Shown: piece after piece, positions 35,741 to 44,911 of the stretch
Numbering within the stretch: the stretch's first letter is position 1
Layout of the letters: every line of letters begins with the position of its first letter
Assembly: GCA_963789465.1 (NCBI GenBank)
Contig: CAWBLL010000003.1
Location: 55,187-119,186, forward strand
From: an uncultured Bacteroidales bacterium
GTDB taxonomy: Bacteria; Bacteroidota; Bacteroidia; Bacteroidales; VadinHA17
Direction of reading: 5' to 3'
Length of the DNA: 64,000 nt
Notes under the pieces: model-generated
Databases searched by the model: none
Seen by the model: only the letters and a program-made list of their open reading frames with translations
Told to the model about the DNA's origin: nothing
Made by a program: the position numbers and the translations under genes

Positions 35741-36380
35741 AACTATTGAAAAGATAAATGACGGATCAGATATGACGTCAAATGGTTATAATAAGATTGA
35801 GACATGGAATAGCGAGAATATTGGTGAACTCTCGGAAATCTATTACAGAGTTTTAAAAATCATAGGGGAAGACCCTGACCGTGAAGGCCTGAAAAAGACA
35901 CCCGAGCGAATTGCCAAGGCTCTGCATTTTCTGACTAACGGGTACTATCAGAACCCGTGTAAAATCATAAATTCGGCAAAGTTCAAGGAGGATTACAAGC
36001 AGATGGTGCTTGTAAAAAATATAGATATTTATTCTATGTGTGAACATCATATGCTCCCCTTTTTCGGCAAGGCACATGTGGCTTATATCCCAAATGGATA
36101 TATCACCGGTCTGAGCAAGATAGCCCGTGTTGTTGAGACTTTCAGCAGAAGGCTTCAGGTGCAGGAGCGTCTGACCACTGAGATAAGGGATTGTCTTCAG
36201 GACTGTCTGAATCCCATGGGCGTTGCCGTGGTTATTGAGGCTCAGCATATGTGCATGCAGATCAGAGGTGTCCAGAAGCAGAATTCCGTTACTACAACTT
36301 CTGCATTCACCGGGATCTTCCTTGAAAAACTAAATACACGGGAGGAGTTTATACATCTCATTGGAACGAAGCTGCATTAA
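35730..36380 (+). CDS. folE: GTP cyclohydrolase I
   Basis: [53 protein letters not shown]. The start at ATG 35730 overlaps the upstream stop. Confidence 0.95.
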   Translation: MGNKTIEKINDGSDMTSNGYNKIETWNSENIGELSEIYYRVLKIIGEDPDREGLKKTPERIAKALHFLTNGYYQNPCKIINSAKFKEDYKQMVLVKNIDIYSMCEHHMLPFFGKAHVAYIPNGYITGLSKIARVVETFSRRLQVQERLTTEIRDCLQDCLNPMGVAVVIEAQHMCMQIRGVQKQNSVTTTSAFTGIFLEKLNTREEFIHLIGTKLH

Positions 36381-36396
36381 TCTTTAAATTCACAGA

Positions 36397-37278
36397 ATGA
36401 GAGCATATGTATTTCCAGGGCAGGGAGCCCAGTTCAGCGGAATGGGGCGCGAACTGTACGACAAGTCTTCACATGCCAGCGAGCTCTTCGAAAAAGCCAA
36501 TGCTATACTGGGTTTCAGAATTACCGATATTATGTTTTCAGGAACGGATGAAGACCTTAAGCAGACCCGTGTGACCCAGCCTGCCATATTTCTCCATTCC
36601 ACGATCCTTGCCGCTGTCATGGGACCGTCATTCATACCCGATATGGTTGCAGGTCATTCCCTTGGTGAATTTTCAGCACTGGTTGCAAACAGGACTCTAT
36701 CATTTGAAGACGGGCTGCTGCTGGTATCAAAAAGAGCATCGGCAATGCAGAAGGCATGCGAAAAAACTCCTTCCACAATGGCTGCAATAATCGGAGCGGA
36801 AGATGATATAATCGAAGATGTATGTACCTCCATTAAAGAGATTGTTGTCCCGGCAAACTATAATTGTCCCGGTCAAATTGTAATATCAGGGTCAATTGAA
36901 GGAATCGACAAGGCTATCGGACTGCTCAGGGATAAAGGTGTCAAACGGGCCATTAAGCTGGCTGTAGGCGGCGCTTTTCATTCTCCACTTATGGAGCCTG
37001 CAAGAGTCGAGCTCGAAGAAGCTATCAACAATACCCTCTTCAGTAAGCCAATTTGCCCTATCTTTCAGAATGTAAGTGCACAACCATCTGTCGATCCTGA
37101 AATCATAAAGTCAAATCTCATTTTGCAACTTACCTCTCCCGTCCGCTGGACACAGACCATCATAAACATGATATCGGGGGGTGCCTCCTCCTTTGTTGAA
37201 GTAGGCCCGGGCAATGTTTTGCAGGGCCTGATTAAAAAAGTAAACAGAGATGCAATTACCGAAAGCGCAAGTTTCTGA
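36397..37278 (+). CDS. fabD: Malonyl-CoA:ACP transacylase
   Basis: FPGQGAQ, TQPAI, AGHSLGEF, GAFHSPLM, EVGPG. Confidence 0.96.
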   Translation: MRAYVFPGQGAQFSGMGRELYDKSSHASELFEKANAILGFRITDIMFSGTDEDLKQTRVTQPAIFLHSTILAAVMGPSFIPDMVAGHSLGEFSALVANRTLSFEDGLLLVSKRASAMQKACEKTPSTMAAIIGAEDDIIEDVCTSIKEIVVPANYNCPGQIVISGSIEGIDKAIGLLRDKGVKRAIKLAVGGAFHSPLMEPARVELEEAINNTLFSKPICPIFQNVSAQPSVDPEIIKSNLILQLTSPVRWTQTIINMISGGASSFVEVGPGNVLQGLIKKVNRDAITESASF

Positions 37279-37337
37279 GGCGATAACATAGAGTAATGCC
37301 CGGATAATGGCCTCTTAACCTGATCAGTCAAGTAAAA

Positions 37338-40319
37338 TCAGGGTTTAAGGATCACGCCTTTATGGGTCTTTCCATCGATCATGATCTCAAGCGGATCAGG
37401 AAACTTCACGTGCCGGATGTAATCATCCTCGTATACTACCGCCATACTATTGAGAAAGTCAACATCATAATATCCTTCCATTATATATGGATTTATGGTA
37501 AAGTACCCTACTCGGAAGGAAGTGAGGTTCTGAAAGAAATGGGTACCCTGGCTGGGGTCTATCCTGTAATTCTTCAGTCCTGACTCAATTATAATTCTGG
37601 CACCTGAAATCTGAGTCCATTTTACAGGGATCCCAAGCCATGGGTCCGTTGAGCCCCACCTGCCCGGACCTATTAATACATATCCCTTGCTATCCTTTAT
37701 AAATAATGTATTTATCTTCTCTATTTCCGTGGCTATGCTTTTATTATTTGCTGCATTGAAAGATTCGGGCTTTATATATACAAGGTCGCGAATACCTTTG
37801 AACACCCCGTTCCCGAGAGCGGATTCCGAAAAAATTATTGTTTGTTCAGGCCTGATATGCTCAAGATTTATGTTCTGAGTCTCCTCAGTATGAACAATCG
37901 GTCTGATCTGCAGAAAACTAAATATTTTGGGTGTTCCGGGTGGAGTTTCAAGGTTAACTGCAAATTCTATCTCCACAGGGTTATTCATCTCCTTCTGCCC
38001 TATCTCAAGCAGGGTGGTAAGTATCTCTGCCAGGGGAAATATATTATGCTGAAGCACATTGGTAAAAGTGATCAGCCTCTTCCCCGGATGGATTATTCCA
38101 TCGCGCAGCATGTTGTTATTCCTGTCATATGTCGATGCGATATATTTCAGTGCATTATCATTGTTCAGCTCTTTTATATCAATCCTGAGGATGTTTACAC
38201 CATCGTCTGTGGAGGGCACAAAACTGTTGATATTCAGGTCGAGCGCACAAAACTCCTTCTGTGTATCCCTCAAAGCTGCTTCAGGAGATGAGAGCTGAAG
38301 GATCTTTTTAGGGTACCGCGGAGAAAACCTCAGCGATAGGCCACCTTCTACAATGAGCTTCCCAAGGCCGAAAGCAATATTCACAATTCCGTCTTCCGCT
38401 TTTTCAGAACCGATAGGATAATAATTTATCGATCTTGCAACTCCTGAAATAGTAGGATAATATATCTCTCCATGCCTGACACCACATACTTCCTGAAGAA
38501 TTATTCCCATTTTCTCCTCATCAATGACGTTTGCGGTAGCAGTCATGTAGGCTTTGCTGGCCTTGTAGTAAACAGAGGCATAAACTTCCCTGATAGCATC
38601 CGACAGCATTTTAACCATCTGCTTGTTGTCAGCTACCCTGGGTATCATATATGTTGAATATATACCAGCAAATGGCTGAAAGTGTGAATCTTCCAGCTTA
38701 CTTGAAGAGCGTACGGCTATAGGATAGTTTCTTGAAACCGCCAGAAAGGAATAAAAATCCTGGTATACATGTCCCGGAAGTTCGGCATTAATGAACCTGT
38801 TCAGAATTTCTTCGTCAGCAAGATCGGAAAGAGCAATTGAATAAAGATTGTTCTGATCCATGAATTCATCGAAGATGTCAGTGCTGAGAACAACTGTCCT
38901 TGGAATTGTAATAAGCACATCCGGAAATTTATTGAAGAGCTTGTTGGTTTTAATGGTCCTGTTTATAAATGCAAGGCCCCTTGCCTTGCCTCCTATTGAA
39001 CCATCGCCTATCCTTGAAAAGATCTGGTACTCATCGAAACTGGCCTTGTCAAATTTTGCAATAACACCCCTCCCCTTCCCCAGACGAAAGCTGGAGATAG
39101 CAACATAGAGGAATCTCCTCATCTCATCCATTGAGCCAAAGTCCTCCCTGTTCAGATATTTAAACATCTGCGCAACAGGAAACAGGGCTCTCGCATTCAA
39201 CCACTTTGAAAAATGGTTACGGGAAGCGTGAAAGGCAAGCGTATTGTCGGGGACTGTCAGCAGCTTCTGCTGAAGACTCTGAAGGTCGGTAGCTATAGCT
39301 ATTGGTTCAAGAGTCTCCGGATTTCTGAAAACAAAAGGACCGAAAGCAAGATTCTGTATTATAAAGTTCCTCAACTCAAGAGAGAGTGATTTGGAGTATT
39401 TATAAATGAAGCCTGCACCGAGTTTTTCAGCAGCCTCCTTATGTTTCAGGCTGGAAGATTGTATCAGGAAAGGTACTTTGTCATCATCCTCCATAACAAC
39501 CTTGCAGAGCTCTATTCCCGCATTCTCGTTGCTGATGCCGTCTTTCTTATACGCAATATCGGATATGACCCCCAGTACATTGTACTTATATTTCCGGTAG
39601 AGGCTCAGCGCATCATTGAAATTGTTTGCCAGCAGTATTTTTGGTCTGCCCCGAAGCTTGAGCATCCGCTGATGTTCATTGAGCGCTTCGCGCTGGAAAT
39701 CCAGCGATTGCATCAGAATGATCTTATAGATATGAGGCAGGTAGGACGATATATAGCGGATTGAATTTTCAACCAGAATTATAGACTGTACGCCAATATT
39801 TTCGATATCAAAATCAGCATTCATTTTATCTTCGATGAGCTTGATTATGGCAAGTATCAGCGAGGCATCGCTCAGCCAGCAGAAAACATAATCGATGGCA
39901 CTCAGATCCTCTCCTTCCAGACGGAGAGATACCTCACGAGAGAAATAGGTAAGGACAACAATAGGAATATTTTCATACTTCGTCTTTATCCTTTTTGCCA
40001 GACCAAAGACATCAGTTCCCTTAATGCTCAGCATAGAAATTACAAGGTCTATTTTTCCTTCCTGCAATATTCTGAAGGCATCCTCAGCATTATCGGTCTG
40101 AATGAATGCAGGTGGATGCCGGAGATTGAGGGAGGCATACTCATTGAAGATCTGTTCCTCGATTCTGCCGTCTTCCTCGAGCATGAAATTGTCATAATTA
40201 CTGCAGATCACGAGAACCCTATGGATTCTCTTCTGCATAAGCAGATCAAAAGAAGTATCAGTGAAATCGTATTTCTGAATATCATGTATTCCGTCGATAA
40301 TCGTCATATAATCAGCCAT
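37338..40319 (-). CDS. Receiver-like + PEP/pyruvate-binding (PPDK_N, ATP-grasp) domain protein, paralog B
   Basis: Receiver-like segments (IDLVISML, IPIVVLT, VISDI), SIGGKARGLAF, AVRSSSKLEDS, FAGIYST, ILQEVCG, EIEFA, LQIRP, GPGRWGS, SQGTHFFQN. Confidence 0.82.
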   Translation of the reverse strand: MADYMTIIDGIHDIQKYDFTDTSFDLLMQKRIHRVLVICSNYDNFMLEEDGRIEEQIFNEYASLNLRHPPAFIQTDNAEDAFRILQEGKIDLVISMLSIKGTDVFGLAKRIKTKYENIPIVVLTYFSREVSLRLEGEDLSAIDYVFCWLSDASLILAIIKLIEDKMNADFDIENIGVQSIILVENSIRYISSYLPHIYKIILMQSLDFQREALNEHQRMLKLRGRPKILLANNFNDALSLYRKYKYNVLGVISDIAYKKDGISNENAGIELCKVVMEDDDKVPFLIQSSSLKHKEAAEKLGAGFIYKYSKSLSLELRNFIIQNLAFGPFVFRNPETLEPIAIATDLQSLQQKLLTVPDNTLAFHASRNHFSKWLNARALFPVAQMFKYLNREDFGSMDEMRRFLYVAISSFRLGKGRGVIAKFDKASFDEYQIFSRIGDGSIGGKARGLAFINRTIKTNKLFNKFPDVLITIPRTVVLSTDIFDEFMDQNNLYSIALSDLADEEILNRFINAELPGHVYQDFYSFLAVSRNYPIAVRSSSKLEDSHFQPFAGIYSTYMIPRVADNKQMVKMLSDAIREVYASVYYKASKAYMTATANVIDEEKMGIILQEVCGVRHGEIYYPTISGVARSINYYPIGSEKAEDGIVNIAFGLGKLIVEGGLSLRFSPRYPKKILQLSSPEAALRDTQKEFCALDLNINSFVPSTDDGVNILRIDIKELNNDNALKYIASTYDRNNNMLRDGIIHPGKRLITFTNVLQHNIFPLAEILTTLLEIGQKEMNNPVEIEFAVNLETPPGTPKIFSFLQIRPIVHTEETQNINLEHIRPEQTIIFSESALGNGVFKGIRDLVYIKPESFNAANNKSIATEIEKINTLFIKDSKGYVLIGPGRWGSTDPWLGIPVKWTQISGARIIIESGLKNYRIDPSQGTHFFQNLTSFRVGYFTINPYIMEGYYDVDFLNSMAVVYEDDYIRHVKFPDPLEIMIDGKTHKGVILKP

Positions 40320-40320
40320 T

Positions 40321-43300
40321 TTAATGATTCAGAGAGATCACAGCCATACCTTTTCGTCCATCCATGCGTATCAGCAGGGGTTTTTCGAATCTGATATGAC
40401 TGAAGAATTTACCTTTTTCCAAAACATGTTGTTCTTTTAGTCTGTCCCACTCAACAGTTCCATCATTTGATCCGCTGGTTATTGAGAAATAACCCACATT
40501 TCTTGAGGTTACATTATGAAAGAAATGAGAGCCCAGGGATGCATCGACATGAAAATAGGGAAGCCCTACCTCAATAATAACCCCGGCATTTGAAATCTGG
40601 GGCCATACAACAGGGATTCCAAGGTGTTTGTCCCGTGATCCCCATCTGCCCGGTCCCATCAGAACATATCTTTTGTTTTCCTTTAACATCTTTTCATTGA
40701 TCATCTCTATCTCGGCTGCCATTTCTACAGTAAGCATATTACTGAAATTTTCCGGTTCCACATAAATAAAATCGGCAATATTGGTAATTTCTCCATTACC
40801 CATGCTTTTGAGTGATACAAGAATCAGGTCATCATTGTATACTGTTTCGGGATCAATTGTATAGCCTGCCACACTTCCAACCAGAGGTTTGATCTGAAGC
40901 AGGTAAAATGAGGCATTCCCCTCTTTATCCCTGGTAAGGTCAACTGCAAATTCAATTTCAACCGGGGCTCCGAAAGCTTCAGATACAACGTCCAGAACCA
41001 CCTTCAGTGTCGATGCAAGAGGGACATAGTTATATTTCAGCACATCGGCAAAATTAACAACCCTTGGACCCGGCACATCAAGTCCCGGGCTAATAGTATC
41101 GTTATCCATATTCAATACTGATGCGGAATGATTCAATGTTCCATGGCTTTCCGCACGGGAAATATCCAGATTTACCAAGCCAGCAACTTCTCCTTCAAGC
41201 AGGTTAAGCTCGTTTTTTGTCATATCGACCGCATAGAAATGTACCTGCGAATTCTTATAAAGATCTTTCGGTGAAATGATATCGAGCGACGGATATGCCG
41301 GCGAGAATCTGAATGCGCTTTCGCCTTCAACAACATATTGTCCAAGACCCACTGCTATCACGGCAAATCCATCCTCTGGCCTCATATGTGCAACGGGATA
41401 GAAATTGAACGATTGAGCAGTACCGCTTATATGGGGATAAAAAGCTTCTTCAAATCTCTTTCCTACAACCTCCTGGATCACTACAGCCATTTTTTCCAGT
41501 TCAATCTTGTAATTGATTGCCTCGAAGTAGGTTCTGGCATTCCTCGAATAAATCGAGGAAAAAACCAGCTTGACAGCATCTGAAAGCTGCTTCAGTCTCA
41601 CCTCAGGATCAGGATTTATATTTGGAAGAAGATAGGTTCCAAAGATACCCGAGAAAGGCTGGCTCATGGAATCTTCGAAGAGGCTTGAAGATCTGACAGC
41701 AACAGGTCTGGTTATATGCTTCAGCAGGATCCTTAGCTCCTTTTCCAGGGTATAGCTGAGGCTTCCTGCCAGAAAAAATTTCTGAAGCTCGTTAAAGTCA
41801 TCCTCTTCCTTGACTTTTGCCCACAGATGGTTTCTCTCCATGAACATTTCAAATTCATCGGTCCCAATAATCGCTGTCACGGGAGTCCTGATATTTATCC
41901 CAGGAATCAAGCGTCCCAGTTCAAAGCTATATATCAGTGTGTTGATAAATGCCAGGCCACGGCCCTTTCCTCCAAGGGAACCTGCTGACAGGGAAACTAC
42001 ATTTGTCTCATCAATTACTGCAGATTCCTCAAAATTCACGATTTTACCCTTATTCGTCTCCTGCCGCCGCCGTCGGATTATGTCCAGCAGGAATTCCCTG
42101 AGCTCTTTTAGGCTGTTGAAATCAGTAACTTGTAACGGGGTTATCAGTTTTGCAATTTTCACCTCCCCTCTTGCCATAAGCCATAGTGAAAAATGGTTTT
42201 TCATGGCATGATAGGCGAGTGAGTCTTCGGGTATGGTCTGCAGGTAGGTTTCAAACTCCTTCATTGATTTTGCCACAGCAATCTGGTGACCTTTTGTGTC
42301 GCGGTAAACAAAATGCCCGAATCCCAGGTAATAATTTATAAATAATTTGAGATCATTAAGAAGGCTTGCTGAATTCTTATTAATGAAGCTGCATTTGAGT
42401 CTGAAGGCATATTGTGAATTTTCAGGATCAGACGATTGCAGAACGGCCGGAAGACTGGGCAATTCCTCCTTAATTTGTCTGATGAGCTCATATCCTGCTG
42501 TATCACATAATACCCCGTTCTTCGGGAACCTCATGTCTGAGATCACGCATAAGAGACTCTCTTTGTATTTGTTGTAAATTATTAACGAATCCTCATAACC
42601 AGATGCGAGCAGTATTTTTGGTCTGGCCCTGAGTTTCAGGACTTTATACAACTCATCAGTAGAAACATCTTCAATAAGGTTTTTGGTCTGCTCCATAACC
42701 AGTGTGTAGAGCATCGGCAGGTAACTGGAATAGTACTCAGCAGAATCCTCAATCAGGAGTATAATGCGGGTGAGTCCCTTCTTAGTATCGTTCTCAACAT
42801 TCACCCTGTCTTCCAGCAGCTTTACCATTGCAAAGAAAACCTTAGAATCACCGGTCCAGACAAAGTAGTTGTCAAACGGGATTCCCAGGTCTTTCTGGCT
42901 CCTCACATAGGGAATATCACAGGGATTGTTAATTAGTATGAAGGTCGGAATATAGGGGTATTTCTCCTTAATCATTTTACAGAGGCGCATATGACCCTCC
43001 TTATCCACTCCGATCATTATTATAATCATATCGTAATGCCTGGCCTTCAGCCGGCTGAAGGCCTCCTCCTCACCGGAAACTCCCGTTACCCTTGGAATAG
43101 AGGTAAGGCTCATCTGGTAATATTCGCCAAGCATATGGTCAGAGAACCGCCCTTCTCCTTCAATTGAGTAAGCATCATAAAGATTGGCGACCAGAAGGAT
43201 CTCCTTAACTTTAAAAGGCATCAGGTCATGGAATACATCCCTTTCGGCATTATGGCGATCGAGGAATTTCTGAAGCAGTTTCCGGCTGGAGACTCCCGTC

Positions 43301-43767
43301 AGGGACTCATCCTCTTTCCGGGTGATCTGGCTTAACCGTATTATGTCACGAGCTCTAAAACTATTGATATAACCAGTCAGAAGGCTTGCTATATTCTGTA
43401 TAAGGTCTCTTTCCTCCTTCAGGAACGGACCCTCCGATTCGGCTTTGAACTCAGTGGTATAAAAGATCTCTATGGATCCCTTTTCTTCATCGATAGTGCT
43501 AAAATCCTGGAACATTCTCCAGCTGGTTTCATGAAAACCCACTGATTCAAAATCATTCCCGGCAAACCGGATCCGGGCAACAGTATATTCAGGGTATTGC
43601 CAGGCTTCAGGAAGGAGGAGCACGATCTGCTGAAGTGTTTCTTCAACAGGTTTGCCCTCTTTCAGAATGGCGGTAGTGCGGTTAATGCAAGCCAATTCCT
43701 TCAGCCTTTCCTGCTGATCGTGCATTAATCTGTTAAATGCCTGATTATTACCTCTTAATTCATCCAT
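40321..43767 (-). CDS. GAF-like + receiver-like + PPDK_N domain protein, paralog A
   Basis: Extra N-terminal ERLKELACI...AWQYPE...EGPFLKEERDLI domain, then the same architecture as paralog B (SLGGKGRGLAF, AVRSSSLFEDS, EIEFA, LQIKP, SLGSHFFHN). TATTTTTG promoter at 43802-43809. Confidence 0.82.
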   Translation of the reverse strand: MDELRGNNQAFNRLMHDQQERLKELACINRTTAILKEGKPVEETLQQIVLLLPEAWQYPEYTVARIRFAGNDFESVGFHETSWRMFQDFSTIDEEKGSIEIFYTTEFKAESEGPFLKEERDLIQNIASLLTGYINSFRARDIIRLSQITRKEDESLTGVSSRKLLQKFLDRHNAERDVFHDLMPFKVKEILLVANLYDAYSIEGEGRFSDHMLGEYYQMSLTSIPRVTGVSGEEEAFSRLKARHYDMIIIMIGVDKEGHMRLCKMIKEKYPYIPTFILINNPCDIPYVRSQKDLGIPFDNYFVWTGDSKVFFAMVKLLEDRVNVENDTKKGLTRIILLIEDSAEYYSSYLPMLYTLVMEQTKNLIEDVSTDELYKVLKLRARPKILLASGYEDSLIIYNKYKESLLCVISDMRFPKNGVLCDTAGYELIRQIKEELPSLPAVLQSSDPENSQYAFRLKCSFINKNSASLLNDLKLFINYYLGFGHFVYRDTKGHQIAVAKSMKEFETYLQTIPEDSLAYHAMKNHFSLWLMARGEVKIAKLITPLQVTDFNSLKELREFLLDIIRRRRQETNKGKIVNFEESAVIDETNVVSLSAGSLGGKGRGLAFINTLIYSFELGRLIPGINIRTPVTAIIGTDEFEMFMERNHLWAKVKEEDDFNELQKFFLAGSLSYTLEKELRILLKHITRPVAVRSSSLFEDSMSQPFSGIFGTYLLPNINPDPEVRLKQLSDAVKLVFSSIYSRNARTYFEAINYKIELEKMAVVIQEVVGKRFEEAFYPHISGTAQSFNFYPVAHMRPEDGFAVIAVGLGQYVVEGESAFRFSPAYPSLDIISPKDLYKNSQVHFYAVDMTKNELNLLEGEVAGLVNLDISRAESHGTLNHSASVLNMDNDTISPGLDVPGPRVVNFADVLKYNYVPLASTLKVVLDVVSEAFGAPVEIEFAVDLTRDKEGNASFYLLQIKPLVGSVAGYTIDPETVYNDDLILVSLKSMGNGEITNIADFIYVEPENFSNMLTVEMAAEIEMINEKMLKENKRYVLMGPGRWGSRDKHLGIPVVWPQISNAGVIIEVGLPYFHVDASLGSHFFHNVTSRNVGYFSITSGSNDGTVEWDRLKEQHVLEKGKFFSHIRFEKPLLIRMDGRKGMAVISLNH

Positions 43768-43887
43768 CAGATAAGTGTCGCAGGATCAATTTTTAAAATT
43801 ACAAAAATAGTTCCAAATGACGATCAGCTATCTTTGTATGAGATAATATAACAGTAAAGAAAATTCAGGCTAAATGTAACAGGAGCA

Positions 43888-44910
43888 TTAATCTACATTC
43901 CAGGTCGACCCACTTGTAAGCAGATCATCCATGCATTTGATTTTTGACCTTTTTTGTATTTCCTCTATCTGTTCCTCAACCAGCTTTTCATAGGTTGGTC
44001 CAGGAACTGCCCTTATGACGCCCAGAGCAACCGGATACTCCGGATATCTCATATTGGCCAGCATATACTGTATGCCGGGATTTGGTTCAGAAGCATCATG
44101 TACAAGAATATCCTTTTCAGCAATTCCATTTTCGCCAATAGTAACAACTTTTAATTTCAAACCTTCCAGAATCAGGCCCTTGTTACTTTCCTTCCCAAAA
44201 ATCATTGGCTGACCCTGATGGAGTAAAATTGTCCGGTCGTCCCTTACCTCCTTATCCGTAACAATATCGTGCACTCTGTCATTGAAGATCACGCAGTTCT
44301 GCAGGACCTCCACCACCGAGGTACCTTTATGTTTCTCGGCTTCCATATAAATTTGGGTTGATATTGCGATATTGGTATCAATGGTACGGGCAAAGAACTT
44401 TCCTTTAGCCCCGATTACAAGCTCACCTACCGAAAATGGCTCTTCAACGGAACCGAAAGGTGAGGTTTTTGTTACAAGTCCTTTATCTGAAGTCGGGGAA
44501 TACTGGCCTTTGGTAAGACCATAAATTTCATTGTTGAATAATATGAGATTTAAATCAATATTTCTCCTTATCACATGAATAAAATGGTTTCCACCTATTG
44601 CCAGAGCATCACCGTCGCCAGTGATCTGCCAGACAGATAATTCAGGATTTGCGACTTTAACACCAGAGGCTATTGCAGCTGCCCGGCCATGAATGCCATG
44701 AAATCCATAGGCTGCCATATAATATGGGAACCTCGATGAACAGCCTATACCGGATATGAATGCGAACTTTTCCCTTGGGATACCCATCTCAGCAAGCCCC
44801 CTTTGAACGGAGCTCAATACTGCATGGTCACCACAACCCGGACACCATCTGACTTCCTGGTCACTCTTGAAATCCTTTGGAATATATTTGTTTGCTACAA
44901 TTTCAGTCAT
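43888..44910 (-). CDS. korB: 2-oxoacid:ferredoxin oxidoreductase beta subunit
   Basis: WCPGCGD, SGIGCSSR, IHGRA, TGDGD, NNEIYGLTKGQYSPT. Confidence 0.92.
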   Translation of the reverse strand: MTEIVANKYIPKDFKSDQEVRWCPGCGDHAVLSSVQRGLAEMGIPREKFAFISGIGCSSRFPYYMAAYGFHGIHGRAAAIASGVKVANPELSVWQITGDGDALAIGGNHFIHVIRRNIDLNLILFNNEIYGLTKGQYSPTSDKGLVTKTSPFGSVEEPFSVGELVIGAKGKFFARTIDTNIAISTQIYMEAEKHKGTSVVEVLQNCVIFNDRVHDIVTDKEVRDDRTILLHQGQPMIFGKESNKGLILEGLKLKVVTIGENGIAEKDILVHDASEPNPGIQYMLANMRYPEYPVALGVIRAVPGPTYEKLVEEQIEEIQKRSKIKCMDDLLTSGSTWNVD

Positions 44911-44911
44911 T

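Noticed and set aside
37338-43767. Annotation as ppsA or ppdK
   Set aside because: The pyruvate-binding barrel and canonical phospho-His motif are absent. Only the nucleotide-binding domain is shared.
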